IMG/VR virus record: IMGVR_UViG_3300033072_000033
Location: 7,788 to 71,787 of that record
Strand: one strand, 5' to 3'
Origin: a virus
Lineage: Duplodnaviria; Caudoviricetes
Length of the DNA: 64,000 bases
Made by a program: the position numbers and the translations under genes. The notes below the pieces were generated by a model. The model made no database searches. It was not told where the DNA came from and saw nothing but the letters and a program-made list of their open reading frames with translations. This document shows positions 35,551 through 44,562 of this stretch, piece after piece. The stretch's first letter is position 1, and every line of letters starts with the position of its first letter.

Positions 35551-37259
35551 TTTTCTTCCGCAAACTTAAATATAAGAATTTTTTGAGTACTGGTAATGTG
35601 TTCACTGAAATTCTATTGGATAAATCCCCTAGTACACTGATTATTGGAAAAAATGGTAGTGGTAAAAGTTCCATCCTTTGTTCGTTGTGCTTCGCATTAT
35701 TCAATAAGCCATTCCGCAATATTAATAAAGCTGGACTAATCAACTCTATCAATGGCAAAGATTGTGTTGTGGAACTCGAATTTGATGTTGATAATAAATC
35801 CTATAAGATCATTCGTGGCATCAAACCCAATATTTTTGAGATCTACTGTAATGGATCTCTAATCAATCAGGAAGCATCGGTAAAGGATTATCAGGAATAT
35901 CTGGAAAAATATATCCTAAAGATGAATTTTAAATCATTCACACAGATTGTTATTCTCGGATCTGCTTCGTTCGTCCCGTTCATGCAATTGTCTGCTGGGG
36001 ATCGTCGTGCTATTATCGAGGACTTACTTGACATCCAGATTTTCTCGACGATGAATTCTCTATTGAAGGAACGACTTTCTACTAACAAAGAAGCAACCAC
36101 AAGCAACAAATATCAGATCGAACTCACTTCCCAAAATTATCAGTTGCAGGAAAAACACATCAATGAACTAAAACAGAACAACGATGAGAAGATTGTCGAA
36201 TATGAAACTGAGATTCAAAACTACCTAAGAGATATTGGCTTAGTGAATATCAGTATTGAGAATTTCAGTAAGAAAGTTGAAGAACTCCAGAAATCCATCA
36301 CTGACAAGTCTATAGTTGAAGGTAAGATCAAGAAACTGAATCAACTCGAAACCCAGATTGAAACGAACATCTCTAATCTAAAGAAGGATATCCAGTTCTT
36401 CCAGAATAACGACACATGCCCCACTTGCCGTCAGAAGATTGATGAGGATAAGAGTCAAGATCAGATCAATACTAATCAAGCTAAGATCGCCGAAAGCTCT
36501 AAGGGTATTAAAGATATTGCTGATGTGATTGGGAAAGAGACGCAACGCCTTCAAGAGATTCATACAACACTAGATCAGATTCATAAGTGTCAGGTTAAGA
36601 TAGCCACTGATAATACTTCAGTCACTAATATGAATGGCTATATCACCAAACTCCAGAGACAGATTGGTGAACTTAAAAATACTAAACACAATCTTGATGC
36701 TGGGACTGAAACTTTGGATAAATTGAAAGTCAAATTAAATGAACTTGACGTGGAACATAAACGATTGATTGATGAGAAGTCTTATTATGATGCAGCCACA
36801 ATTCTTCTGAAAGATAGTGGGATTAAGACCAAAATCGTAAAGCAATATCTCCCGATCATCAATAAAGTCGTGAATAAGTATCTAACCGAAATGGACTTCT
36901 TTGTGAACTTTAATTTGGATGAATCGTTCAAGGAGACTATTAAATCAAGACACCGAGACGAATTCACATATGCGTCATTTAGTGAAGGTGAAAAGCAAAA
37001 GATTGATATTGCTCTGATGCTTACTTGGAGAACCGTGGCTAAATTGAAGAACTCCGTAAACACTAATCTACTAATTCTGGATGAAGTATTTGATAGTAGT
37101 TTAGATGCGAATAGTATTGAAAATCTTGTTAAGATTTTGAGTACATTGGAAGGCGTTAATTTGTTTGTGATTAGTCATCGCGGAGATATCCTTCAAGACA
37201 AGTTCAGATCGATGATTTCGTTCGAGAAACATAACAATTTTAGTAGGATCGCAAAATGA
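35547..37259 (+). CDS. gp46: Recombination ATPase gp46 (Rad50/SbcC-like)
   Basis: GKNGSGKS, CPTC hook, FSEGEK, LILDEVFDSSLD. Confidence 0.96.
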   Translation: MIFFRKLKYKNFLSTGNVFTEILLDKSPSTLIIGKNGSGKSSILCSLCFALFNKPFRNINKAGLINSINGKDCVVELEFDVDNKSYKIIRGIKPNIFEIYCNGSLINQEASVKDYQEYLEKYILKMNFKSFTQIVILGSASFVPFMQLSAGDRRAIIEDLLDIQIFSTMNSLLKERLSTNKEATTSNKYQIELTSQNYQLQEKHINELKQNNDEKIVEYETEIQNYLRDIGLVNISIENFSKKVEELQKSITDKSIVEGKIKKLNQLETQIETNISNLKKDIQFFQNNDTCPTCRQKIDEDKSQDQINTNQAKIAESSKGIKDIADVIGKETQRLQEIHTTLDQIHKCQVKIATDNTSVTNMNGYITKLQRQIGELKNTKHNLDAGTETLDKLKVKLNELDVEHKRLIDEKSYYDAATILLKDSGIKTKIVKQYLPIINKVVNKYLTEMDFFVNFNLDESFKETIKSRHRDEFTYASFSEGEKQKIDIALMLTWRTVAKLKNSVNTNLLILDEVFDSSLDANSIENLVKILSTLEGVNLFVISHRGDILQDKFRSMISFEKHNNFSRIAK

Positions 37260-37819
37260 ATAATGAAGATTTTTTAGTAATTGATACTGGCATTGGTCTG
37301 AAACAAGATGATAAGATTGAAGTGCTCCCTCTGTATGACGAGAACTACCATCTGCTTAAGGTTGCTATGCCAGAACATGATGTGCGAATGTTGCCTAATC
37401 CGGTGATGACTAAGTTTGCTTGTCGTCTCCAAAAAACTATGCAAGAATATAATGGTATCGGACTATCAGCCAATCAGTGTGGTGTCCAAGAGCGAATGTT
37501 TGTTATGGGTGATTTTGTCTGCATCAATCCCAAGATCGTAGGACATTCGGAATCAACTTTTAAGATGAAAGAGGGTTGTCTATCATTCCCAGGATTGTTT
37601 GTCACAGTTCCCCGATATTGTTCTGTTGATGTTGAGTTCTATGATATCAATGGACAATTGCAATCACACCACTTTGAAGGTGTTACTGCTCAATGCTTCC
37701 AACACGAACTGGATCATATGAATGGTGTAACTTTTGTGGATAATGTTGGTCCAGTGGCACTTCAAATGGCTCGTCAAAAGCAACAGAAATTGATCAAGAA
37801 AATTAAACGGAACGCTTGA
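37256..37819 (+). CDS. def: Peptide deformylase
   Basis: GIGLSANQ, EGCLS, QHELDH. Confidence 0.93.
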   Translation: MNNEDFLVIDTGIGLKQDDKIEVLPLYDENYHLLKVAMPEHDVRMLPNPVMTKFACRLQKTMQEYNGIGLSANQCGVQERMFVMGDFVCINPKIVGHSESTFKMKEGCLSFPGLFVTVPRYCSVDVEFYDINGQLQSHHFEGVTAQCFQHELDHMNGVTFVDNVGPVALQMARQKQQKLIKKIKRNA

Positions 37820-37844
37820 CAATTGAATGTTGTTGTGTTAGTAT
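37816..37844 (+). promoter_or_regulatory. Sigma70 promoter TTGACA-17-TAGTAT with extended -10 TG
   Basis: Consensus -35 at 37816-37821, TGT at 37836-37838, -10 at 37839-37844; predicted start near 37851. Confidence 0.85.
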
Positions 37845-37850
37845 TACAGA

Positions 37851-38160
37851 AATCCCGTCCTCTGGCTCTAAACAAGCTGTAAAGACGGTAAGCTTGATCC
37901 GAATCGGTGGGTTTCCCTCAAGTTACCACCAAAGCCTGTATGACGCTATACCCATAGTATAGAAAGTCTAGGCGGCAGATTCCCGTAAATATGGTACTAC
38001 GGTAGCTTGATCCGAATCGGTGACTGACCTGTAAGCGGTCACTAAGGTCTGACTTTTCTCAGGCGGCAGATCCCCGTAAATATGGTACTACGGTGCTGGT
38101 AGGTAAGCTGCCCCCAAATTCAAGGGCCGATTCACCTCTTGATAATTTGAATGTGAATCT
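37851..38160 (+). ncRNA. Candidate tandem structured RNA/leader of unknown family
   Basis: 19 nt block repeated at 37891-37909 and 38004-38022; 34 nt block (1 mismatch) at 37970-38003 and 38061-38094; stems conserved between units with compensatory changes. Confidence 0.65.
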
Positions 38161-38176
38161 ATATTATGGAGTTATT

Positions 38177-38389
38177 ATGTCAACTAAAGCAAAAATCCTG
38201 TCGTACCTGAGCAAGACTACCCGATACAATACACTGACTATTGAACAAGCACGTACCAAGTTCAATGTGAAGAACATCTCGGCACGTATCTCGGATCTGC
38301 GCAAAGATGGTCATGCAATCGTCACTGAGCAAAAGAAGCAAAATGGTCGTATGGTAAGTTTCTATCGACTCGCTACCAAGACTAAGTAA
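38177..38389 (+). CDS. Small winged-helix DNA/RNA-binding protein
   Basis: 70 aa; LTIEQARTKFNVKNISARISDLRKDGH helix-turn-helix plus wing; GGAG RBS before ATG 38177. Confidence 0.75.
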   Translation: MSTKAKILSYLSKTTRYNTLTIEQARTKFNVKNISARISDLRKDGHAIVTEQKKQNGRMVSFYRLATKTK

Positions 38390-38436
38390 ACCCTAGTCTT
38401 GGATATGTCTGGAGATATTAATATCTCCAGACATAT
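38376..38436. repeat. Two abutting inverted repeats: 9 bp stem (38376-38402) and perfect 34 bp palindrome (38403-38436)
   Basis: ccaagacta/tagtcttgg; atatgtctggagatatt/aatatctccagacatat. Confidence 0.9.
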
Positions 38437-38481
38437 TATGATTGGTATTATAAAAATAATAAAATAGTCAATAGGAAATAA

Positions 38482-39003
38482 TTGGAAATGTGTGTATATC
38501 ATAAACATCACATCATCCCAAAACATATGGGAGGGTCGGATGATAAAACTAATTTAGTTACTGTTACCATTGAAAAGCATGCCGAACTTCATAAGCAGTT
38601 ATGGGAAGACTTGGGGTTTTGGCAGGATCATGTGGCGTGGAAAATGTTATCCGGTCAAATAACCAGAAAAGAAGCAATAAAGATTGCCCAATCCGAAGGC
38701 GCTAAAAATCGAAAAAAACGTTATGGTAAAGAAAATCATTTCTACGGTAGATCGCATACTGAAGAAACGAAGAATGCGATTAGTAAAAAGAAAATGGGGA
38801 GTGTCCCACCAAATAAAGGTATGGTCGGAGCCGAAAGTAAAACTTCTAAGTTTTATGAGATAACAGATCCAGTTGGGAATGTATACATCATAAAAGGATT
38901 ATCCGAATTCTGTCGGAGGAATAACTTATCTGACGGCGCAATGAGCCAAGTTGCATTAGGAAAATTTAAACAACACAAACAATATAAATGTAGGAGATTG
39001 TGA
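38482..39003 (+). mobile_element. HNH homing endonuclease with NUMOD-type C-terminus
   Basis: HKHHIIPKHMGG.DD..NL..VT..KH..LH; NHFYGRSHTEETK; GLSEFCRRNNL. Confidence 0.8.
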
Positions 39004-39818
39004 TGGAAATTAAAGTAAAGATTGACGATTTAAAGAAGAACAAGCTCATGGTGTGTTCTCCTATGTATGGAGGTCAGGCGCATGGTATGTATGTTAAATC
39101 GTGTCTGGATTTGCAGGGTGTTATGACTCGATATGGAATTGATATAAAGTTTTCATTTTTATTTAATGAATCTTTGATTCCTAGGGCCCGAAATTATTTA
39201 GTTGATGAGTTTCTTCGTTCAGATTGCACACATCTCCTGTTTATTGATGCCGATGTACATTTTAACCCACAAGATATCGTGGCATTGATGGCACTTGATA
39301 AAGATGTTATCGGCGCTCCATATCCTAAGAAATCGATCAACTGGAATAATGTAGCAACAGCCGCTCGTAAACATCCAGACATTAATCCCGGTGAATTGGA
39401 AAATCTGGTTGGTGATTATGTGTTCAACGTTGTTCATGGTACAAAGCAATTCCAAGTAACAGAGCCACTCGAAGTATTGGAAATCGGCACTGGCTTGATG
39501 ATGGTTAAGCGCGAAGTATTCACTAAGATGGAAGAAGCATACCCTAATATTCGTTATAAGCCAGATCATGTTGGTCAAGCTAATTTCGATGGCACTCGTT
39601 ATATCCACGCATACTTCGACACCGTGATCGATACCAAGGATAGTATTACTGGTGGTGGTTCAGACCGTTACCTGAGCGAAGATTATATGTTCTGTCAGAT
39701 GTGGCGTAAGATCGGTGGTCAAATCTACCTGTGCCCTTGGATGCGCACTCAACATATCGGTACATACGCATTCACTGGTAACATGCCTAAGATCGCGGAA
39801 ATGACTGGACGACTGTAA
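39000..39818 (+). CDS. GT-A-fold glycosyltransferase-like protein
   Basis: ESLIPRARN, LLFIDAD (DxD), IGTGLMMVKREVF, YLSEDY.FC. Confidence 0.7.
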   Translation: MMEIKVKIDDLKKNKLMVCSPMYGGQAHGMYVKSCLDLQGVMTRYGIDIKFSFLFNESLIPRARNYLVDEFLRSDCTHLLFIDADVHFNPQDIVALMALDKDVIGAPYPKKSINWNNVATAARKHPDINPGELENLVGDYVFNVVHGTKQFQVTEPLEVLEIGTGLMMVKREVFTKMEEAYPNIRYKPDHVGQANFDGTRYIHAYFDTVIDTKDSITGGGSDRYLSEDYMFCQMWRKIGGQIYLCPWMRTQHIGTYAFTGNMPKIAEMTGRL

Positions 39819-40225
39819 TGAGCACCACAGACCGAGATCAATTTGGGCAGCGGATATATGGGCCGATTGGTGAACCATATGTATCAGTGGATAGATCCAG
39901 GGTTGCAGCATCTCAAACTGCAACTACTGGTGGTCGTAAGTTCGATGGTGGGAAGTTGCAGTATGGTTTAGTCCCACCACTCGCACTTAAAGAGATGGTC
40001 AAAGTACTTACGTTTGGTGCAGAGAAATACGAACCAGATAATTGGCAGCGTGTTCCCGATGCTAAGCGTAGATACTTTGATGCTCTACAACGACACTTAT
40101 GGGCTTGGAAGGAGGGTGAAGAGTTTGATCCAGAAACAGGTATTCATCATCTAGCACACGCCTCTTGTAATCTGTTCTTCCTCTATGAACATGATGTTAA
40201 ATATTCGCCTAAGAACGAAGACTAA
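39818..40225 (+). CDS. dATP/dGTP diphosphohydrolase-like (DUF5664)
   Basis: KFDGGK..Y.LVP, GAEKY..DNW, RY..AL.RH..AW..GE..DPE.G..HLAHA.CN. Confidence 0.8.
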   Translation: MSTTDRDQFGQRIYGPIGEPYVSVDRSRVAASQTATTGGRKFDGGKLQYGLVPPLALKEMVKVLTFGAEKYEPDNWQRVPDAKRRYFDALQRHLWAWKEGEEFDPETGIHHLAHASCNLFFLYEHDVKYSPKNED

Positions 40226-40255
40226 TTTTATAATGAATTTTAATTTGGAGTTACA

Positions 40256-40936
40256 ATGAATCTTTCAACCGACACAATCAACATCCTGAAGAACTTTGCT
40301 GGTATCAACACTGGTATCGTATTCAAGCAGGGTAACGTCATCAAGACTTGTTCTGGTGGTATGAATATCCTGGCGCAAGCTACCATTACTGAGAATATTC
40401 CAGTGCAATTTGGCGTCTATGATCTGAACAATCTACTCACGGTTCTGACTCTGTATAAAGATGGCTCAGACATTGAATTTGGTGAGACATCTGCAACTAT
40501 CTCTGGTATGGGTGGTCGTAGCCGAGTTAATTATCGCTTCTGTGATCCTACAATGGTTGTTGCTCCTCCAGAAAAGCCAATCGCAATGCCAGATGCAGAG
40601 ATTAGTTTTGAACTGACACAAAGCGATCTTGATTCAGTTCTTCGTTCTGCTGCTGTCTTAGGTTCTCCTAATATTGCAGTGAAGTCGAATGGTGGTAAGA
40701 TCAGCATTGAAACCTTTGATGCTAGTAATGACGCAGCATCTACCAACACACTTGATATCGCTGAAGGTACTGGCGATTCATTCAAGATGGTCTTTAAGAC
40801 TGAAGCACTGAAGATGATTCCAGGAACTTACAAAGTGGATATTTCATCAGCAGGCATCTCACACTTTGTCAATACTGCTCGTGATCTACAATACTGGATT
40901 GCTGTCGAAGCTGGCTCAACATTCACAAAGGCTTAA
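40256..40936 (+). CDS. gp45: Sliding clamp gp45
   Basis: T..ILKNFA.IN, FGVYDL..LL, YWIAVE. Confidence 0.93.
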   Translation: MNLSTDTINILKNFAGINTGIVFKQGNVIKTCSGGMNILAQATITENIPVQFGVYDLNNLLTVLTLYKDGSDIEFGETSATISGMGGRSRVNYRFCDPTMVVAPPEKPIAMPDAEISFELTQSDLDSVLRSAAVLGSPNIAVKSNGGKISIETFDASNDAASTNTLDIAEGTGDSFKMVFKTEALKMIPGTYKVDISSAGISHFVNTARDLQYWIAVEAGSTFTKA

Positions 40937-40937
40937 G

Positions 40938-41120
40938 ATGATCATACATTTTCAAACAAATAGTGGTGAAAATGTTGCAATCAATCCGAATCATGTTATC
41001 CTAGTAACCGAAGTGAAGTCCCGCAAAACTACCAAGATTACATTGGTTGACGGTGGGACTTCCGAGGTGATTGGTGATATGCTAGAGGTTCTTGCACGAT
41101 TGAATGCTAATCTGAGTTAA
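40938..41120 (+). CDS. Small hypothetical beta-rich protein
   Basis: 60 aa from ATG 40938 (VAINPNHVILV). Confidence 0.55.
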   Translation: MIIHFQTNSGENVAINPNHVILVTEVKSRKTTKITLVDGGTSEVIGDMLEVLARLNANLS

Positions 41121-41145
41121 TTTTTATTTTGTTATGGAGTTGTGA

Positions 41146-42081
41146 ATGAACGCTGAAGACTTGATCTGGGTTGAGAAGTATCGCCCAAAGAAGATCGAAG
41201 AATGTATTTTACCCGAACGCCTGAAGAAGCCATTTCAGGAATATGTCAATCAAAAGAGTATTCCTAATCTGCTTCTTTGTGGTGGCGCTGGTGTTGGTAA
41301 AACTACTGTGGCGAAGGCTATGTGTAATGAAGTCGGGTGTGATTATATGATCATCAACGGCTCTGATGAAAATGGTGTTGACATTGTTCGTGATAAGATT
41401 AAAACTTATGCATCCAGTATGTCGTTATCCGGTGGTCGTAAAGTCATCATCATCGACGAGGCTGATTATCTTTCAGTCAACGCACAAGCGGCCTTCCGTA
41501 ATGCTATCGAAACATTCTCTTCAAACTGTTCATTCATCTTCACCTGTAACTATAAGAGTAAACTGATTGAGCCTCTCCATAGTCGCTGTGCAGTCATTGA
41601 ATTTTCACTGAAGAATAACGAGAAGGCTGGTATGGCTTCTCAGTTCTTTAAGCGAGTTCAAGGCATTCTTAAGTCTGAAGAAGTTGTGTTTGACGACAAG
41701 GTTATTGCTGAGGTCGTCAAGAAACACTTTCCAGATTTTCGTCGAGTGATCAATGAACTTCAGCGATTCTCTCAGATGGGTGATATTGATACTGGAATTC
41801 TAGCACAAATCACTGATGTTACTATTTCGGAAGTGGTTGGATATCTGAAGGACAAAGACTTCGGTGCGATTCGTAAGTGGGTTGGTAGTAATGACATCGA
41901 TCCAACAGAATTGTACCGGAAGCTCTATGATAATCTCTATGATATTCTGAAGCCCGTTAGTATCCCTCAAGCAGTAATCATCATCGCTGATTATAGTTAC
42001 AAGCAATCATTTGTAGCTGATGCCGAGATTAACATCATGGCTTGTCTGACAGAAATTATGGTTAGTGTGGAATTCAAGTGA
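41146..42081 (+). CDS. gp44: Clamp loader large subunit gp44
   Basis: WVEKYRP, GGAGVGKTT, IIDEAD, SRC, PDFRR. Confidence 0.96.
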   Translation: MNAEDLIWVEKYRPKKIEECILPERLKKPFQEYVNQKSIPNLLLCGGAGVGKTTVAKAMCNEVGCDYMIINGSDENGVDIVRDKIKTYASSMSLSGGRKVIIIDEADYLSVNAQAAFRNAIETFSSNCSFIFTCNYKSKLIEPLHSRCAVIEFSLKNNEKAGMASQFFKRVQGILKSEEVVFDDKVIAEVVKKHFPDFRRVINELQRFSQMGDIDTGILAQITDVTISEVVGYLKDKDFGAIRKWVGSNDIDPTELYRKLYDNLYDILKPVSIPQAVIIIADYSYKQSFVADAEINIMACLTEIMVSVEFK

Positions 42082-42473
42082 CGCAGAAGATTGATGCATT
42101 TGATTTCGTTAAGGCGATTCTTCAGAGTAAGGATGAGTTAATCACTGATGCTGAATCTGAAGAATGTTATGTTCCCTATTTAACTAATAAGGCACTCTCA
42201 TATCACAGGGATTGTTTACTCTATGCCAATGAGATGAATCGTCGGCCTTGGATCAACAAAAAAGCCCAGTTTGACTTCCTCATAAATACAGTCAGATCTA
42301 AAAAGAGATCATTTGGAAAGTGGATTAAGCCTGAAAAAAACGATGATATAGCATGTGTGAAACAGACATATCATTGTTCGGACGATAAAGCCCGTGAAAT
42401 GTTGCGTCTCCTAACCAAAGAACAAATCGAAAAACTAAAAGAAAAAACCGATATTGGTGGTTTGAGGAAATGA
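42078..42473 (+). CDS. gp62: Clamp loader small subunit gp62
   Basis: Y.PYL.N.ALS...D..LYANEMN, Q.DFLIN.VR.KKR. Confidence 0.92.
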   Translation: MTQKIDAFDFVKAILQSKDELITDAESEECYVPYLTNKALSYHRDCLLYANEMNRRPWINKKAQFDFLINTVRSKKRSFGKWIKPEKNDDIACVKQTYHCSDDKAREMLRLLTKEQIEKLKEKTDIGGLRK

Positions 42474-42476
42474 TTT

Positions 42477-42890
42477 ATGTTAGATGTTTTCAGAGGTTAT
42501 GGTGTTGAAATAGAACTTGATGATGAAGCGTTCCTAAAAATTACAGAGACGCTTTCTAGAATTGGTGTCTCGTCGCGCAAAGATAAAGCTCTATATCAAT
42601 CATGCCACATTCTTCATAAGCGTGGTCGTTATGCGATTATGCACTTCAAAGAGATGTTTGCACTTGATGGAAAACCTGCTAGTATCACGGAAAATGATAT
42701 TCAACGCCGAAACGCCATCGCATCACTCCTAGAAGAATGGGGTCTTGTAACAATCATCAATCCGAGTGCCATTGAAGGAAATATTGCCCCCATTCACCAG
42801 ATTAAGATTCTATCATATCGGGAGAAACATGAATGGGAATTGGTAAGTAAGTATAACATTGGTAAGAAGAAGTTTGAGTATTATGACTAA
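42477..42890 (+). CDS. regA: Translational repressor RegA
   Basis: FLKI.ETL.RIG, LYQSCHILHK.GRY.I.HFKE.F.LDG. Confidence 0.95.
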   Translation: MLDVFRGYGVEIELDDEAFLKITETLSRIGVSSRKDKALYQSCHILHKRGRYAIMHFKEMFALDGKPASITENDIQRRNAIASLLEEWGLVTIINPSAIEGNIAPIHQIKILSYREKHEWELVSKYNIGKKKFEYYD

Positions 42891-43041
42891 ACTAAAGAAC
42901 ATATACACTGGTGAGATCGTTCATTGTAAAGATCTGACTAAAACTGTAACGAATGGGGATACGCTTTTTATTAAAGTTCATCACCCAGAAAATCCTGATC
43001 GAGAGTTTCTAGTCAATCAGGCAGCGTTCCAGAAAGTGTAA
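42883..43041 (+). CDS. Small hypothetical protein
   Basis: 52 aa from ATG 42883, overlapping the regA stop. Confidence 0.55.
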   Translation: MTKLKNIYTGEIVHCKDLTKTVTNGDTLFIKVHHPENPDREFLVNQAAFQKV

Positions 43042-43046
43042 AAGAA

Positions 43047-43138
43047 CCCACCTTAGGGCACGTTAGTCGTCACGGTAATAGGCGTCCGAGAAATTTCACT
43101 GGTCCTCGTTAGTGATCCCCGTATAAAGTAAGCGGGAT
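43047..43138 (+). ncRNA. Candidate structured intergenic RNA element
   Basis: GC-rich island in AT-rich context with stems ccc/ggg, tcact/agtga, atccc(c)g/cgggat and possible cgtc/ggcg pseudoknot. Confidence 0.4.
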
Positions 43139-43156
43139 TTTATTATTGGATACATT

Positions 43157-44065
43157 ATGAAAATTGCAGTTGCGAGTGACGTACATTTGGAATTTCAAGC
43201 ACTAACACTAGAGAACACCGAGAACGCTGATGTTCTGATTCTCTCTGGTGATATTTGTGTTGCCGCAGATCTTAAAGACTATGATCCGATGGGGTATGGT
43301 GTGGGATCTCTGAGTAATCGATTCCATGACTTCTTTAAGAACTGCTCTGAACAATTTCGTCATGTGATCTATGTCGCTGGAAATCATGAGTCTTATCATG
43401 GGGATTTCGCAACAACATACACAATCCTTAAGTATAAACTGATGCACCTTCCAAATATTCACATCCTGGATAAAGAGTGTGTTACAATTGATGATGTTAC
43501 TTTCATTGGTGGCACACTTTGGACTGATATGAATAAGCGAGACCCCTTGACTTTGTATCATGTTAAGAGTATGATGAATGACTTCCAGCTCATCAAAAAT
43601 AGTAATCGGAGTGTCTATCGTACAGTTCCGCTTTATGAAAAAGATGATGCTGGTGTATATAAGACTGATTCAAATGGTAACAAGATTGTCTGTGGTACTA
43701 AGAAGAAAGAGGAAGTCTCTCGATTCTGTCCCGAAGATTCTGTTGACGATCATGAGAAGATGATTCAATATATCAGACTTGTAACTGAGAAGGAGGGGAC
43801 TTATGTTGTAGTAGGTCATCATGCGCCTAGTGCTGAATCAATCCATGAGATGTACCGGCATGATTCGGTGATGAACGGGGCTTATTATAGCGATCTTACG
43901 GAATTGATGTTGGATCGTCCTAATATCAAACTCTGGACTCACGGCCATGTTCATCACCCATTTGCTTATATGGTTGGTGATACTCGTGTGATCTGTAATC
44001 CGCGTGGCTATAAAGGTCACGAGCCTCAAGCTGATCAATTTAAACTTGTGTATGTGAATGTATAA
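43157..44065 (+). CDS. Calcineurin-like metallophosphoesterase
   Basis: SDVHLE, LSGDI, AGNHE, GHHAP, HGHVH, NPRGY. Confidence 0.9.
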   Translation: MKIAVASDVHLEFQALTLENTENADVLILSGDICVAADLKDYDPMGYGVGSLSNRFHDFFKNCSEQFRHVIYVAGNHESYHGDFATTYTILKYKLMHLPNIHILDKECVTIDDVTFIGGTLWTDMNKRDPLTLYHVKSMMNDFQLIKNSNRSVYRTVPLYEKDDAGVYKTDSNGNKIVCGTKKKEEVSRFCPEDSVDDHEKMIQYIRLVTEKEGTYVVVGHHAPSAESIHEMYRHDSVMNGAYYSDLTELMLDRPNIKLWTHGHVHHPFAYMVGDTRVICNPRGYKGHEPQADQFKLVYVNV

Positions 44066-44328
44066 TGGAAAACTATAAATTACCTAAGCAGTGGAAACAT
44101 TGGTGTGATAAGATCGGTCTTCAATCACATGGTCGAAAATCACGTAAAGAATATGACTATTGTTATCTAAAAGGCAAAGGTCGTTATTGGCGTGTGAATA
44201 TGTATGGAGAGTTTGAAGCGTCTGAGTCATATGAAACGTTTGATCGATGGGCAAACTCTATTGAAAAAACCTTTGATGCTCTCCCAACATGCTATAATCA
44301 GTTCAAGAGTATGGTTGAGTCTGTATGA
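44065..44328 (+). CDS. Hypothetical protein
   Basis: 87 aa, coupled start. Confidence 0.55.
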   Translation: MENYKLPKQWKHWCDKIGLQSHGRKSRKEYDYCYLKGKGRYWRVNMYGEFEASESYETFDRWANSIEKTFDALPTCYNQFKSMVESV

Positions 44329-44384
44329 AAGAACGATTCGTAAAAATGTATTATTGAGTTTTTAACCAAGTGTGGAGTTGAATT

Positions 44385-44561
44385 ATGTCAAAAGTCTTAA
44401 AGAATCATCATTTGACGATTAGTGTTGCCGAAGATGGTAGTGTTAATCTGAAGTGGGATTGGGATGCTCTGCTTAATGAAGTCATCGAAGCGACTGCCAT
44501 TAAGAAGAGTTTGATTAAAGAAACTGAAAAGAAGGTCACAAAGACCAGAAAGAAGAAGTAA
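44385..44561 (+). CDS. Small hypothetical protein, basic C-terminus; not in the ORF track
   Basis: Hand translation MSKVLKNHHLTISVAEDGSVNLKWDWDALL...KKVTKTRKKK (58 aa), GGAG RBS. Confidence 0.55.
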   Translation: MSKVLKNHHLTISVAEDGSVNLKWDWDALLNEVIEATAIKKSLIKETEKKVTKTRKKK

Positions 44562-44562
44562 T

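Noticed and set aside
37887-37910. Pistol ribozyme or c-di-GMP-I riboswitch resemblance
   Set aside because: Only short word matches (taagc-ttgat..ggtg; ggtaggta at 38098); required pseudoknot or GNRA/receptor architecture not found
37935-37969. Hammerhead ribozyme (ctgtatga..stem..gaaa)
   Set aside because: Core has an extra base relative to CUGANGA, no stem III/UH partner found, and the second unit lacks the motif
37851-38110. Mini CRISPR array
   Set aside because: Repeat blocks join into a unit of about 53 nt, intervening segments are unequal (about 60 and 38 nt) and fold into equivalent stems, and no cas gene is nearby
38093-38176. N-terminal extensions given by the ORF track (38093, 13187, 55136, 56390, 50778)
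   Set aside because: They overlap upstream genes or the RNA element; downstream ATGs have better RBS or coupling
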